A DNA stretch of 64,000 nucleotides, taken from contig JANOFO010000007.1 in assembly GCA_031413715.1 (NCBI GenBank), forward strand, positions 26,338 through 90,337, given 5' to 3'. Below, piece after piece: positions 37,378 to 47,155 of this stretch. Position numbers and translations under genes: made by a program. The stretch is from Minisyncoccota bacterium (GTDB taxonomy: Bacteria > Patescibacteriota > Minisyncoccia > Phycocordibacterales > UBA9973). Within the stretch, counting starts at the first letter, position 1. The number at the start of each line of letters is the position of its first letter. The notes beneath the pieces are model-generated. The model searched no databases, was not told the origin of the DNA, and saw only the letters and a list, made by a program, of their open reading frames with translations.

Positions 37378-38750
37378 AAATATTCAATACGCTCACACGT
37401 CAAAAAGAAGAATTTGTCCCTCTCAATGGAAACTCTGTGGGTCTCTATACCTGCGGGCCAACAGTATATAACTACCCTCACATAGGTAACTATCGTGCAT
37501 ATATTTTTGGAGATACTCTAAAAAGATATCTAATGTACTGTGGATATCAGGTTGAACATATTATGAATATCACTGATATCGATGATAAAACTATTCGAGA
37601 TTCTATTGCAAGTGGTAAAACATTAAAAGAATTCACTGAATTTTATACAGAAGAATTTTATAAAGATAGAGACGCTCTTCATATTATATCTGCTCAAAAA
37701 TATACAAAGGCAACAGATTACGTGAAAGAAATGTTGGAGCTAACCGAAAAACTTATTGATAATGGTCACGCATATATAGCTGATGATGGATCGGCGTATT
37801 TCTCAATAGAAAAAGACCCAGATTATGGAAAACTTTCATATTTTACATTGTCAGATCTTAAACAAAATGCCAAAGGTAGAATGAAAAAAGATGAGTATGA
37901 TAAGGATAATGCGCAGGATTTTGCTCTTTGGAAAGCCTGGGATGAGAACGATGGTGACGTGTTCTGGAACCCAAATGAGCTTCTTGGCAGAGAAACCAAA
38001 CTAATTAAAGGGCGCCCCGGCTGGCACATTGAATGTTCTGCGATGAGTATGAAAGAACTAGGAGAAAGTTTTGATTTACATACAGGTGGCGTCGACAACA
38101 TGTTCCCTCATCACGAGAATGAGATTGCACAATCAGAATGCGCGACGGATAAACCATTTGTAAAATATTGGATGCATAACGAACATTTGATGGTAGATGG
38201 CAAGAAAATGGCAAAATCTCTCGGAAATTTTTATACCCTGCGTGATCTAATTGATAAGGGAATCAACCCTCTTGCATTTCGCTATTGGCTTTATACAGGT
38301 CATTATGGTACTAAGGTAAATTTTACGCTTGAGGCTGTCCTCGGCTCACAAACTGCACTTACAAGACTATCTAACGCATTTAAAGAGCTTGGAGATAGAG
38401 TCGGAACGATACACCAGAACTATAAAGAGAAATTCATAATCCATATGGATGATAACCTTAATACTCCATCAGCATTAGCAGTACTTTGGGATGTCGTAAA
38501 AGATACTTCTCTTTCCAACGAAGATAAGAAGGCGACAATGCTTGATTTTGATCAAGTGCTTGGATTTGGATTTCAAGATCTAAAGGAGGAATCAGTACCG
38601 AAAGAAATCCAATTGCTTGTCGACCAGAGACAGCAAGTTCGTAAAAATAAAGATTGGGCAAAGAGTGACGAGCTACGGGACAAGATAAAAGACCTAGGGT
38701 ATAAAATCAAGGATACAGACGAAAGTTATAAAATTTCTAGGATTATTTAA
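37368..38750 (+). CDS. cysS: cysteine--tRNA ligase
   Basis: HIGN (PHIGNYRAY), zinc-binding Cys residues, KMAKSLGN (KMSKS). Confidence 0.9.
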   Translation: MALKIFNTLTRQKEEFVPLNGNSVGLYTCGPTVYNYPHIGNYRAYIFGDTLKRYLMYCGYQVEHIMNITDIDDKTIRDSIASGKTLKEFTEFYTEEFYKDRDALHIISAQKYTKATDYVKEMLELTEKLIDNGHAYIADDGSAYFSIEKDPDYGKLSYFTLSDLKQNAKGRMKKDEYDKDNAQDFALWKAWDENDGDVFWNPNELLGRETKLIKGRPGWHIECSAMSMKELGESFDLHTGGVDNMFPHHENEIAQSECATDKPFVKYWMHNEHLMVDGKKMAKSLGNFYTLRDLIDKGINPLAFRYWLYTGHYGTKVNFTLEAVLGSQTALTRLSNAFKELGDRVGTIHQNYKEKFIIHMDDNLNTPSALAVLWDVVKDTSLSNEDKKATMLDFDQVLGFGFQDLKEESVPKEIQLLVDQRQQVRKNKDWAKSDELRDKIKDLGYKIKDTDESYKISRII

Positions 38751-40425
38751 TTGTATTTTGGGCGTCTAGAGTAAAACTAAATGTTGATCCTTTGCCGAGA
38801 CCTTCCGATGTCACATCGACAGTTCCATTGTGAGCTTCGATAACCTCCTTGGCAAGATATAGTCCGAGACCAGAACCGCCGGTATTCATCCGAGCACCAT
38901 CCCCACGGGCAAATTTTTGGAATAATGTAGCCTTTATATCCGGAGTCATACCCATGCCAGTATCGCGAACTGCAAATATCACCTTGCCATTTATCTTATT
39001 TACCGATACATTGACTGTTCCATCTTTTGTATATTTTATTGAGTTATCGATAAAGTTTAGAACTACCTGACGAATCTTTTCTCTATCACCGTTTACCATA
39101 CATTGTTCATCATTGTCTGATTCAAAATTCAATTTCAAACCTTTCTGACTAGCAGTAATAGAAAGATCCCGAGACATATCGCGGGCTATCTCAGCTACGC
39201 TAAACGGTGCCATTTCATACTTCATACCCCCTGCTTCAATTTTAGAAACATTGAGAAAATCCTCAACAATTTTAGTCAGATTCATTGTCGACTGGAAGAT
39301 GCGCTCGATGGCATCTTTTGCTTTTGGATTAATTTCTCCATAATCCCCTTCGATTAACATGGACGAATATCCTTTAATGGCAGTCAGGGGGCTTCGCAAC
39401 TGATGAGAAGCAAGAGAGAGGAATTCAGTCTTGAGCTTATCGAGCCCTTTTAGCTTCTCATTTGCCTCAAATAATTGATCGGAAAGTATCTGCAACTGTT
39501 CACGTTGCATGACTTCTTTTCGTACGCTTTTTATTAGATTATGTCCTAGCACCAGTACAAATAAAAGTGTGAACGCAACGACTAGTTTAACATTATCAAT
39601 ATTCCTTATAAAAGCGATTGCCAGTACCAAGAAACCTAGAGCAACTACCAGAACTTGAGCTCCAAGTAATTTCATATTAAAAGTCTTAAATTTTACAATC
39701 ATATACGCAAGGAAAGCTACGAAGATAGGCATGCCAAAAATGCCTATTTGTGCTAATGACCAATTATCAGTTAAGCTTCCAACAATATTTCCTGATGCAA
39801 GGGAAAATAAGAACAATATAATTCCAGTTGTAATAAAGAAAATCTGACGCTTATCTTCTTTCGTTGCATTTGGATATTTATCAAAGGTGATAAATAATAT
39901 CCATAGTACATATAATATTTCTATTGCATATCCATATATTGTAATTGGTCCTTCTGTGACCTCTCTGTAACAATTAGTTAGGTCAAAACCTAATAGTGCA
40001 AATTTTGATGATGCAAATATAAGGGTTGGTATTAGGAAGATTGAAATACCTATTTTTTTATTCAAAGATATATCTTTTTTCGCAATAAATACATAAATAA
40101 AATAAACACATGCTGCATAAATTATTGGTTCAATTATTACCAATAGTGACCAAAAAAACATTTGTAAATCTGGCTTTTCGTTTGCCCATAGCGCTAAATC
40201 TGCAAAAACCCACAATGAAAATGTATTGGTGATAAAGAATAAAATTTTATTAGTTAAGGATTTCCTATCATTTAAATAAATAAACAGGCCAATCAAAAAA
40301 GATGGTATCAGAGCAAAAAAATGTGAGTAGTATATAAGTGGGCCAAAAACATTATCAGAGAAAATTAAAAATCGCGCAGGGTCCCAATTGCACATAGATA
40401 TAAATGTTTGAATTGAAGTTTCCAT
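38743..40425 (-). CDS. sensor histidine kinase with N-terminal ~8-TM domain
   Basis: HisKA (SHQLRSPLTAIKGY) and HATPase_c (N box, DTGMGM, GGSGLGL). No response regulator gene in the window. Confidence 0.85.
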   Translation of the reverse strand: METSIQTFISMCNWDPARFLIFSDNVFGPLIYYSHFFALIPSFLIGLFIYLNDRKSLTNKILFFITNTFSLWVFADLALWANEKPDLQMFFWSLLVIIEPIIYAACVYFIYVFIAKKDISLNKKIGISIFLIPTLIFASSKFALLGFDLTNCYREVTEGPITIYGYAIEILYVLWILFITFDKYPNATKEDKRQIFFITTGIILFLFSLASGNIVGSLTDNWSLAQIGIFGMPIFVAFLAYMIVKFKTFNMKLLGAQVLVVALGFLVLAIAFIRNIDNVKLVVAFTLLFVLVLGHNLIKSVRKEVMQREQLQILSDQLFEANEKLKGLDKLKTEFLSLASHQLRSPLTAIKGYSSMLIEGDYGEINPKAKDAIERIFQSTMNLTKIVEDFLNVSKIEAGGMKYEMAPFSVAEIARDMSRDLSITASQKGLKLNFESDNDEQCMVNGDREKIRQVVLNFIDNSIKYTKDGTVNVSVNKINGKVIFAVRDTGMGMTPDIKATLFQKFARGDGARMNTGGSGLGLYLAKEVIEAHNGTVDVTSEGLGKGSTFSFTLDAQNTIK

Positions 40426-40431
40426 TTCTTG

Positions 40432-40582
40432 GCTATTCTTCTAGTAAAGACTGATTAAAAGCTTCTTTATCTGTAAAAATTCTAAAGTCTTTTTTGATAA
40501 CAAAAGTGTAATACGAAAAAATTATTGAAAAAAGTACCGAAATACATAAAATAACAAAGAATTTTTTTGATTTTTTATCCAT
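40432..40582 (-). CDS. candidate 49-aa single-TM micro-protein downstream of SET paralog 2
   Basis: Sequence MDKKSKKFFVILCISVLFSIIFSYYTFVIKKDFRIFTDKEAFNQSLLEE. Its ATG overlaps the SET gene stop (ATGGATAA). Confidence 0.3.
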
Positions 40583-41072
40583 GTTTTTTTGATTTAATAT
40601 TATGATATCTTAGATACACTTTCTGGAAATAATTTGGGACATAAGGCAAATAACTTTTGTAGGTTTTTAGCGGTAGAAATTGTATGGATCTTATAATTTT
40701 ACGGCATTTTTTAGAGCCACATTTACATTTACTATTTAGCCTCCAAAATAAATCCTCTTCGGTTATTGAATAATCTATGGTAACTTCTTCTTCATTTTTA
40801 ATATTACGAATTGCCACTAAAGTTCTAGACCCTCTAATTCCAGAGCTAGGGTTACAAGAATGATTGAGTTTTTCAAAAGTATGATTGGGATTAATCCAAT
40901 GATTTTTCCTCAAGCCGATCCAATTAGGTCCGACAGCCGAGGTTGATTTGTTTATAACTATCCAATTTACAACTTTTCCTTTTATTATAGCAATAATTTC
41001 CCCTTTTTTAATATTTTGATTTGCAAAAAGGCCTTTTCCATGCAACTTACTTTTTCCAATATAGATTTTCAT
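40575..41072 (-). CDS. SET-domain protein (putative protein-lysine methyltransferase), paralog 2
   Basis: GKGLFA N-SET, NHSCNPS, IDY, post-SET CKCGSKKCRKII. Same architecture as 5254..5748. Confidence 0.75.
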   Translation of the reverse strand: MKIYIGKSKLHGKGLFANQNIKKGEIIAIIKGKVVNWIVINKSTSAVGPNWIGLRKNHWINPNHTFEKLNHSCNPSSGIRGSRTLVAIRNIKNEEEVTIDYSITEEDLFWRLNSKCKCGSKKCRKIIRSIQFLPLKTYKSYLPYVPNYFQKVYLRYHNIKSKKHG

Positions 41073-41075
41073 AAT

Positions 41076-41678
41076 TTAATCATGTTTTGCAAAGAACGTT
41101 ATGTTTTTCTTTCTTATAAAAAGAATAACTATTACAATAAGGTCAGAAACGAGCATATATATAGGGTATAGAAGTATAGCGAAAGTAAACTTTTCAACTG
41201 CAAACATATTTAAAGTATCTGCTATGCCAGTACCAAACCAGGCAGAGAAATCTTCTCCTTCTGGTCTTAGATAAGATTTTTTAATCGTTGGTATTATGGC
41301 AAATGAGTCAATTGCCAAGTTGGTAACTAAAGCAATTACCGGATTATCAAATATTATCCAAAGAAAAATACTAATTATAGCTCCCAATAAACAAAACAAG
41401 TCAGTTCTACTCGTCAAACCTCCTTCTCCGTATTTGATGGACAAGATAGCGATAATAAATGGGCCTAAGAATTCAACAAATGGTACCCATATTGTATTTT
41501 CGGCTCCTGAGGCATAGTAACTAAGCCCCACAACTAATCCCATAAAAGCCCAAATCCACCACGTCGCCCTATTGGGTTTTGTTTTACCCCTAAGAATCGA
41601 AGCAACGTATATAACATAGGCGACAAAAGCGATAACCCCAGCGATAACCCCAAGTATTGCCTTCGTATCTAGTTCCAT
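41076..41678 (-). CDS. hypothetical polytopic membrane protein (5-6 TM)
   Basis: 200 aa. Stop is 3 nt from the SET paralog 2 start, so an apparent operon. No recognisable family. Confidence 0.5.
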   Translation of the reverse strand: MELDTKAILGVIAGVIAFVAYVIYVASILRGKTKPNRATWWIWAFMGLVVGLSYYASGAENTIWVPFVEFLGPFIIAILSIKYGEGGLTSRTDLFCLLGAIISIFLWIIFDNPVIALVTNLAIDSFAIIPTIKKSYLRPEGEDFSAWFGTGIADTLNMFAVEKFTFAILLYPIYMLVSDLIVIVILFIRKKNITFFAKHD

Positions 41679-41725
41679 ATGTCCCGATATTATAACATAT
41701 TTAAGTTATAAATATTAGCGTAGAA

Positions 41726-42751
41726 TTAAAACTCCGGCTGTTGCTGTGTCATACAATGTATGGTTCCACCTCCATAAACTATATCACTACAATCAATACC
41801 TACCACTTTTCGATCTTTAAAAAAAGATTGTATTATATCCAGAGCTTTAGCATCGTTGGAGTCATTGAAAATTGGTACAAGTACTACACTATTACCAATA
41901 TAAAAATTTATATAGGATGCTGGGGCTTTCTCTCCAGTATTATATACGATATGTGGCATAGGAACTTTTACAAGATTGAAGGGTTTACCATCCTGATCTA
42001 CAGATTGCTCTAAAAGTTTAAAATTATTGTTTAGAATTTCAAAATTCGGGTCTGATATATCGCTTTCATATGCACAAAGAATAGTATTTTCATTCACAAA
42101 CTTCACAATGTCATCGACATGCCCATCAGTATGGTCATTGATGATCCCTTCTTTGAGCCAGATTATATTACTAACTCCAATATAATTCTTTAGATAGTTT
42201 TCTATTTCAACGCTATTCAGTTGTGGATTACGGTTGGGGTTTAGTAAACATTGCTCTGTAGTAACTAGAGTTCCCTTACCATTTATTTCAAGAGCGCCTC
42301 CTTCCATAACAATGCCAGGTTCAACCATAGGTTTACCTATTTTATTTTTCAAGGATTTGAAAACCTCATTATCTATAAGCAACTCTTCAAATTTATTGCC
42401 ATAAGCATTGTAGATCCACTTCGCCATCGTAGGCTCGCCTGTCGATACATTCTTTACAAACAATGGAGCATAATCACGAATCCAGACATCAGCATAATTG
42501 GCAATAAAGAACCTGATCTGCTTCATATCTATGTCTGATTTATTTAGAATAGATATCGCTAGATTTTTCATATCTTCATCTAAAACTATCAAGTTCACTG
42601 GTTCGTCTTTATGAACAGCTTTCACCATAGCGACAAACGAAGATATAACATTCTTAAAGTTAACTGGAAATGTAGTTTTGTCGTCATGAGGCCACGCGAG
42701 CCATAGACTCTCGTGCTTTTCCCATTCAGCTGGCATAACGAATTTATTCAT
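41726..42751 (-). CDS. aguA: agmatine deiminase
   Basis: PAD_porph family: MPAEWE...WLAWPH N-terminus and C-terminal GGGTIHCMTQQQP catalytic Cys motif. Confidence 0.85.
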   Translation of the reverse strand: MNKFVMPAEWEKHESLWLAWPHDDKTTFPVNFKNVISSFVAMVKAVHKDEPVNLIVLDEDMKNLAISILNKSDIDMKQIRFFIANYADVWIRDYAPLFVKNVSTGEPTMAKWIYNAYGNKFEELLIDNEVFKSLKNKIGKPMVEPGIVMEGGALEINGKGTLVTTEQCLLNPNRNPQLNSVEIENYLKNYIGVSNIIWLKEGIINDHTDGHVDDIVKFVNENTILCAYESDISDPNFEILNNNFKLLEQSVDQDGKPFNLVKVPMPHIVYNTGEKAPASYINFYIGNSVVLVPIFNDSNDAKALDIIQSFFKDRKVVGIDCSDIVYGGGTIHCMTQQQPEF

Positions 42752-42756
42752 GAAAA

Positions 42757-43683
42757 TTATTTGCCTAAAGCTTTCTTGGTATCTTTATAGTGTTCTACTT
42801 TTTGTAATTTTTTAGATTTCTTTATCATTTTATTTGATGTGAGCATGTTATATGTGTCGGGCCTGCGGTTGCGCATGAATCCCCAACCCTCTTCATTGAA
42901 TTTTATCTTACCTAGGTCAAGCTTTGCTATTATTACTTCCTCCTTAGTTCTACTCCCGCGCTTGATTACAGTACCAAACGGATCAGCGATAAAAGACTGC
43001 CCGTAGAACTGCATCTGACCTTCTGTTCCTACGCGGTTTACTGCCCCTACATATACACTGTTTGCTATAGAATGACTTCGTTGTATAGTCTCCCAAGCAT
43101 CGTGCCAGTCTCCTTCTTGGGCTTTGTAACCAAGTATATTACCAATAGCCGTAGGGTAGAAAATGATCTGAGCACCTGCAAGCTTGGCCATGCGTGCGGC
43201 TTCTGGAAACCATTGGTCATAGCATATTAGTACTGCAAATCTTACTCCATCAACTGTAAAAGTTTTATAACCCGAAGCTCCATGTTCAAAATATTCTTTC
43301 TCGTAGAATCCTGGATCATGTGGTATATGAATTTTATGATACTGGCCAAGTAATTTTCCTTTCTTATCTATAACACATGCAGTATTAAAATATTTACCAT
43401 TGTTCTTCTCATAGAATGGCACAACAATAGCAACACCAAATTTCTTTGCAGTTTCTTTCATTGTACTCATAGCAAAGCCACTTAAACTCTCAGCATATTC
43501 ATCCTTATTCTTGCCTTCGTATTGTGGAAAATACGGGGTTTGAAAAAGTTCTTGGAGTGTAACAATAGCAGCACCTTTTTTAGAAGCCTGCTCAATCATT
43601 TTTACAGTCTTTGCAACGTTCTTCTTTATATCACTTGATACTTTACTTTGTACAAGTCCAATAGTTATAAACTTTTTTTTCAT
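42757..43683 (-). CDS. aguB: N-carbamoylputrescine amidase
   Basis: Nitrilase/CN-hydrolase fold with AVLICYDQWFPEAARMAKLAGAQIIFYPTAIG (catalytic Cys). Adjacent to aguA. Confidence 0.85.
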   Translation of the reverse strand: MKKKFITIGLVQSKVSSDIKKNVAKTVKMIEQASKKGAAIVTLQELFQTPYFPQYEGKNKDEYAESLSGFAMSTMKETAKKFGVAIVVPFYEKNNGKYFNTACVIDKKGKLLGQYHKIHIPHDPGFYEKEYFEHGASGYKTFTVDGVRFAVLICYDQWFPEAARMAKLAGAQIIFYPTAIGNILGYKAQEGDWHDAWETIQRSHSIANSVYVGAVNRVGTEGQMQFYGQSFIADPFGTVIKRGSRTKEEVIIAKLDLGKIKFNEEGWGFMRNRRPDTYNMLTSNKMIKKSKKLQKVEHYKDTKKALGK

Positions 43684-43691
43684 ATATTTTA

Positions 43692-44711
43692 TTAAGCGCT
43701 ATATTTTGCGATTAATTCATTTGCTTCTTTTGGATTTGCTTTACATTCCAGAAGTGCAGTAAGCATAAGTGGAGCGACAATTGTAGCATCTGACTCGACG
43801 ACAAACATTGGAGTATCTTTGGTGAGTTTGTCCCAAGTAATCTTTTCATTTGGAGTAGCGCCAGAATACGAGCCGTAGGAAGTCGTAGAATCAGAAATCT
43901 GGCAAAAGTATGCCCATGGTTTTGCATCAGTCTCCATATCATATTTAAGGGATGGAACTACGCATATCGGGAAGTCGCCTGCGATACCTCCACCAATTTG
44001 AAAGAACCCGATTCCCTCTCCTTTAGAAAGTTCTTGGTACTGGTCGTAGAGAGCACCCATGTATTCAATTCCACTTTTAGCAATTGAAGCACTGGCGTCA
44101 CCCATCTTTACATGTGAAGCAAAAATGTTGCCAAAGGTAGAGTCTTCATACCCTGGTACAACTATTGGCAAGTTTTTCTCTGCTGCAGCAAGGAGCCAGC
44201 ATTCCTCGGCTTTGCCTTCGTGAGATTTTTTGTCGAGAGTTTGAATAAGGTCGTAGAAATATTCATGCCAGAATTTGCGAGTGCCATCCTTTGTAGCCTG
44301 CTCCCAAACTGGAACGATCAGACCCTCGACAGCACGGAATGCTTCATCTTCAGGGATACTGGTGTCTGTAACTCTACGCATACGATCCTCAAGAATCTTG
44401 GTATCATCTTCTTTAGTAAAGTAGCGATAGTCTGGGAAGTCGGTATAGCTATCGTGCGCTACAAGTCGGAACAATGACTCTTCGAGGTTGGCGCCTGTTA
44501 CAGACATACCATGGATGAGTCCATTGCGAATAGCAGGCGCAAGTGTAATGCCGAGCTGAGCCGAGGACATCGCTCCGGCTACTGCCCAAAACATTTTGCC
44601 TCCTTTCTCAATATGTCGCCAGTACGCAATTAGAGCATCTCGAGTCGCGCGCGAATTGAAATTCTTATAATTTTTTAAAACGAATTCTAATGTTGATAAA
44701 TTGGTGTTCAT
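43692..44711 (-). CDS. deoxyhypusine synthase-like protein (possible homospermidine synthase)
   Basis: The SS..LG..L..AIRNGLIHGMSVTGANLEE and GGGIAGDF stretches resemble the DS-family NAD-binding motifs. 339 aa bacterial DHS-like size. Located in the polyamine cluster. Confidence 0.55.
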   Translation of the reverse strand: MNTNLSTLEFVLKNYKNFNSRATRDALIAYWRHIEKGGKMFWAVAGAMSSAQLGITLAPAIRNGLIHGMSVTGANLEESLFRLVAHDSYTDFPDYRYFTKEDDTKILEDRMRRVTDTSIPEDEAFRAVEGLIVPVWEQATKDGTRKFWHEYFYDLIQTLDKKSHEGKAEECWLLAAAEKNLPIVVPGYEDSTFGNIFASHVKMGDASASIAKSGIEYMGALYDQYQELSKGEGIGFFQIGGGIAGDFPICVVPSLKYDMETDAKPWAYFCQISDSTTSYGSYSGATPNEKITWDKLTKDTPMFVVESDATIVAPLMLTALLECKANPKEANELIAKYSA

Positions 44712-44795
44712 AAAATTATTATATCACTTTTAATATAGCAAGTTTCATAAAAGAATTTATTTCACTTTTCTTACTACAACCTATAGACTGCTTTC

Positions 44796-46175
44796 CTACC
44801 AGCCAAACATCTTGCCGACCTCTTCCGGTGTCTCTCGTTTTCGAGCAACAACAACATGACCATTCTCAACGATGATCTTAAGCGGAGACGAAAGTAGACA
44901 GTGATGCATAACAAGAGCATCCTCGTATGCGCCTGTATCAAATACTACTATATACATTGGCTTGCCTTCATCCATTTCGTAATCAGGCAAAGTGATTGAG
45001 CCTTTTGTACCATTGTATACATCGTCTGAATCGCAAGTTGAACCTGCAAGCCATACTTCGTTTAGATGGTTATCTCCGCTTGAATTGACTGGCGCTATGG
45101 CCCAATTCTGCTTTATCGCCCACGTATCGCATAGATCATTCATGAAGCTTCCGTCTATTACATACCATTTATCTGCTTGAGCTTTCTTGCTACTTATTTT
45201 CTTAGTATCAATCACTTTATATATATTGATCTGTGCAGGAGCTGCAATATAGCGCCCCCACTCACAGATAATATTTGGATGAGGGACGCCATGCTTTTCA
45301 GATTCCTTTTTAACCACTTCGAATATTTTCTCGAGTAGTTTGTCTACAGGATAGCTTTTTGTTCTCTCATAAGGAATTGGCATGCCTCCGCCAATATCAA
45401 GAGTATCAAGAGATGGATTTTTTTCTTTCAATTTAAAATAAACGTCAAGCGCGTATTTAATCGGAACAATGACATCAGAAAGTTTCTCTATCTGCGAACC
45501 AATATGGTAGTGAAGTATCTTGAGATTCTTAAATTTACCCATTGCCAAAATTTCCTTTCCGGGAAATCCAAAGCGGTCAATCGGCTTGTTCCAAATAGAT
45601 TGCGCTTTGACTGGCATATCAATGCGAATGCCTACGTCATACTTTGAATGCTGAAGGAGTTTTAATTCATTTGGTCCTTCAATAATAGGAAATATTTTTG
45701 TGCCTTTATGCTGAAGCTCATCGATAAGGTTCATATATTTGTCAGTTTTTGGACCATTACATAGAATGCGAATATTTGGATTAAATGACTCCTGTTCAAG
45801 CATTTTCTTGATCAAATATAAATCATTGTATGAAGATGTCTCGAGATGCGCGCCTTCACCGACGATTGCCCCGATTGCTTCCTTGTTCTGGTTAACCTTC
45901 ATCGGGAAATGATACAGGAATTTGCCTTTATAGCCTGTTTTTTTTGAAAGAGCCTGCGCCGTATCAAGAAGATCCTCAAGACGCTCTTCAATTACAAAAG
46001 GCATGAGTATTTCAAGCGAGGTACCCATCTTGTCGGCCAAGTAGCGAACATTATAAATATTGTGACCCTCCTTAATGATAAGGTCGCCATCTTTATTAAA
46101 ATCAAAGTATTGAGTATTGAATTCTTTTGCACCTATTTTCCAGAGCTTCTTGGAAGCAACTGAGCGTTTAGTCAT
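44796..46175 (-). CDS. PLP-dependent decarboxylase of the Orn/DAP/Arg decarboxylase (fold III) family, probable arginine decarboxylase
   Basis: HFPMKVNQN (PLP-Lys region), DIGGGMPIPY, and GSTCDSDD motifs. Context with aguA/aguB suggests arginine is the substrate. Confidence 0.65.
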   Translation of the reverse strand: MTKRSVASKKLWKIGAKEFNTQYFDFNKDGDLIIKEGHNIYNVRYLADKMGTSLEILMPFVIEERLEDLLDTAQALSKKTGYKGKFLYHFPMKVNQNKEAIGAIVGEGAHLETSSYNDLYLIKKMLEQESFNPNIRILCNGPKTDKYMNLIDELQHKGTKIFPIIEGPNELKLLQHSKYDVGIRIDMPVKAQSIWNKPIDRFGFPGKEILAMGKFKNLKILHYHIGSQIEKLSDVIVPIKYALDVYFKLKEKNPSLDTLDIGGGMPIPYERTKSYPVDKLLEKIFEVVKKESEKHGVPHPNIICEWGRYIAAPAQINIYKVIDTKKISSKKAQADKWYVIDGSFMNDLCDTWAIKQNWAIAPVNSSGDNHLNEVWLAGSTCDSDDVYNGTKGSITLPDYEMDEGKPMYIVVFDTGAYEDALVMHHCLLSSPLKIIVENGHVVVARKRETPEEVGKMFGW

Positions 46176-46315
46176 CTCTTTGTATCAGGCAGTCATTGCC
46201 CAGATAAATGTTAATAAGACAATAATAGCAAATTGAGCTAGGATGTAAATAGGCTTTTGGCTAAAAATCATACAGTAAATTCAAATCTATGTTATTCTTT
46301 AACTACTAACCTTTT

Positions 46316-47155
46316 ATGGAAAAAGACATAATCAACTATTACAATAAATCAAGGCGTGATTATTCATGGATTTGGAAACTGAATCGCTATCATGCTATTC
46401 ATTATGGTTTTTATGACACAAACCATAGAACTCACGGCCAGGCAGTTAATAACTTGAATGCCATCCTTGCAAAAATAGCGAATATTAAAAATACAGATGA
46501 CGTCTTAGATTCTGGCTGTGGTATTGGTGGAAGTTCAATATGGTTGGCAGAAAATATAGGATGCAAGGTTATTGGTATAAGCATTGTTCCAAAACAAATT
46601 GAAGAAGCCAATCTGCTAGCTGAAAAATATAAAGTAGTAGATAATGTAAACTTTTTTATCAGAGATTATACAAATACAGGACTTGCTGACCAATCTTTAG
46701 ATGTGGTATGGGCAATAGAAAGCGTCTGTTATTCAATAGATAAATCAAAATTTATTACTGAAGCTTCAAGGTTATTAAAGAGTGGAGGTAGAGTAATTAT
46801 CGCAGATGGTTTTTTGAAGCGTGAACCAATTTCAGCAAAAGAGAAAAAATATCTATTTAAATGGCTAGATGGATGGGCTGTATCGAACCTCGAACATATA
46901 GATAAGTTTAAAGCACACCTAGAGAACGCAAGATTTACTAATATTAAATATATTGATATAACAGAAAATGTCACTCCGTCATCAAAGCGAATGTATAGAG
47001 TCTCAATCATTACATACCCTTTTGCAAAAATAATGCAGTTCTTTGGGTTGAGGAGTAAAATTGAGATGAAAAATGCAGCTGCAGCTTATTATCAACGGCT
47101 AATTTTTAAATCAGGTTTGTGCTCGTATGGTATTTTTTATGCTGAGAAACTTTAA
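46316..47155 (+). CDS. class I SAM-dependent methyltransferase (CFA-synthase/sterol-MT-like)
   Basis: VLDSGCGIGGSSIWLAE motif I and VIIADGF post-I region. Confidence 0.7.
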   Translation: MEKDIINYYNKSRRDYSWIWKLNRYHAIHYGFYDTNHRTHGQAVNNLNAILAKIANIKNTDDVLDSGCGIGGSSIWLAENIGCKVIGISIVPKQIEEANLLAEKYKVVDNVNFFIRDYTNTGLADQSLDVVWAIESVCYSIDKSKFITEASRLLKSGGRVIIADGFLKREPISAKEKKYLFKWLDGWAVSNLEHIDKFKAHLENARFTNIKYIDITENVTPSSKRMYRVSIITYPFAKIMQFFGLRSKIEMKNAAAAYYQRLIFKSGLCSYGIFYAEKL

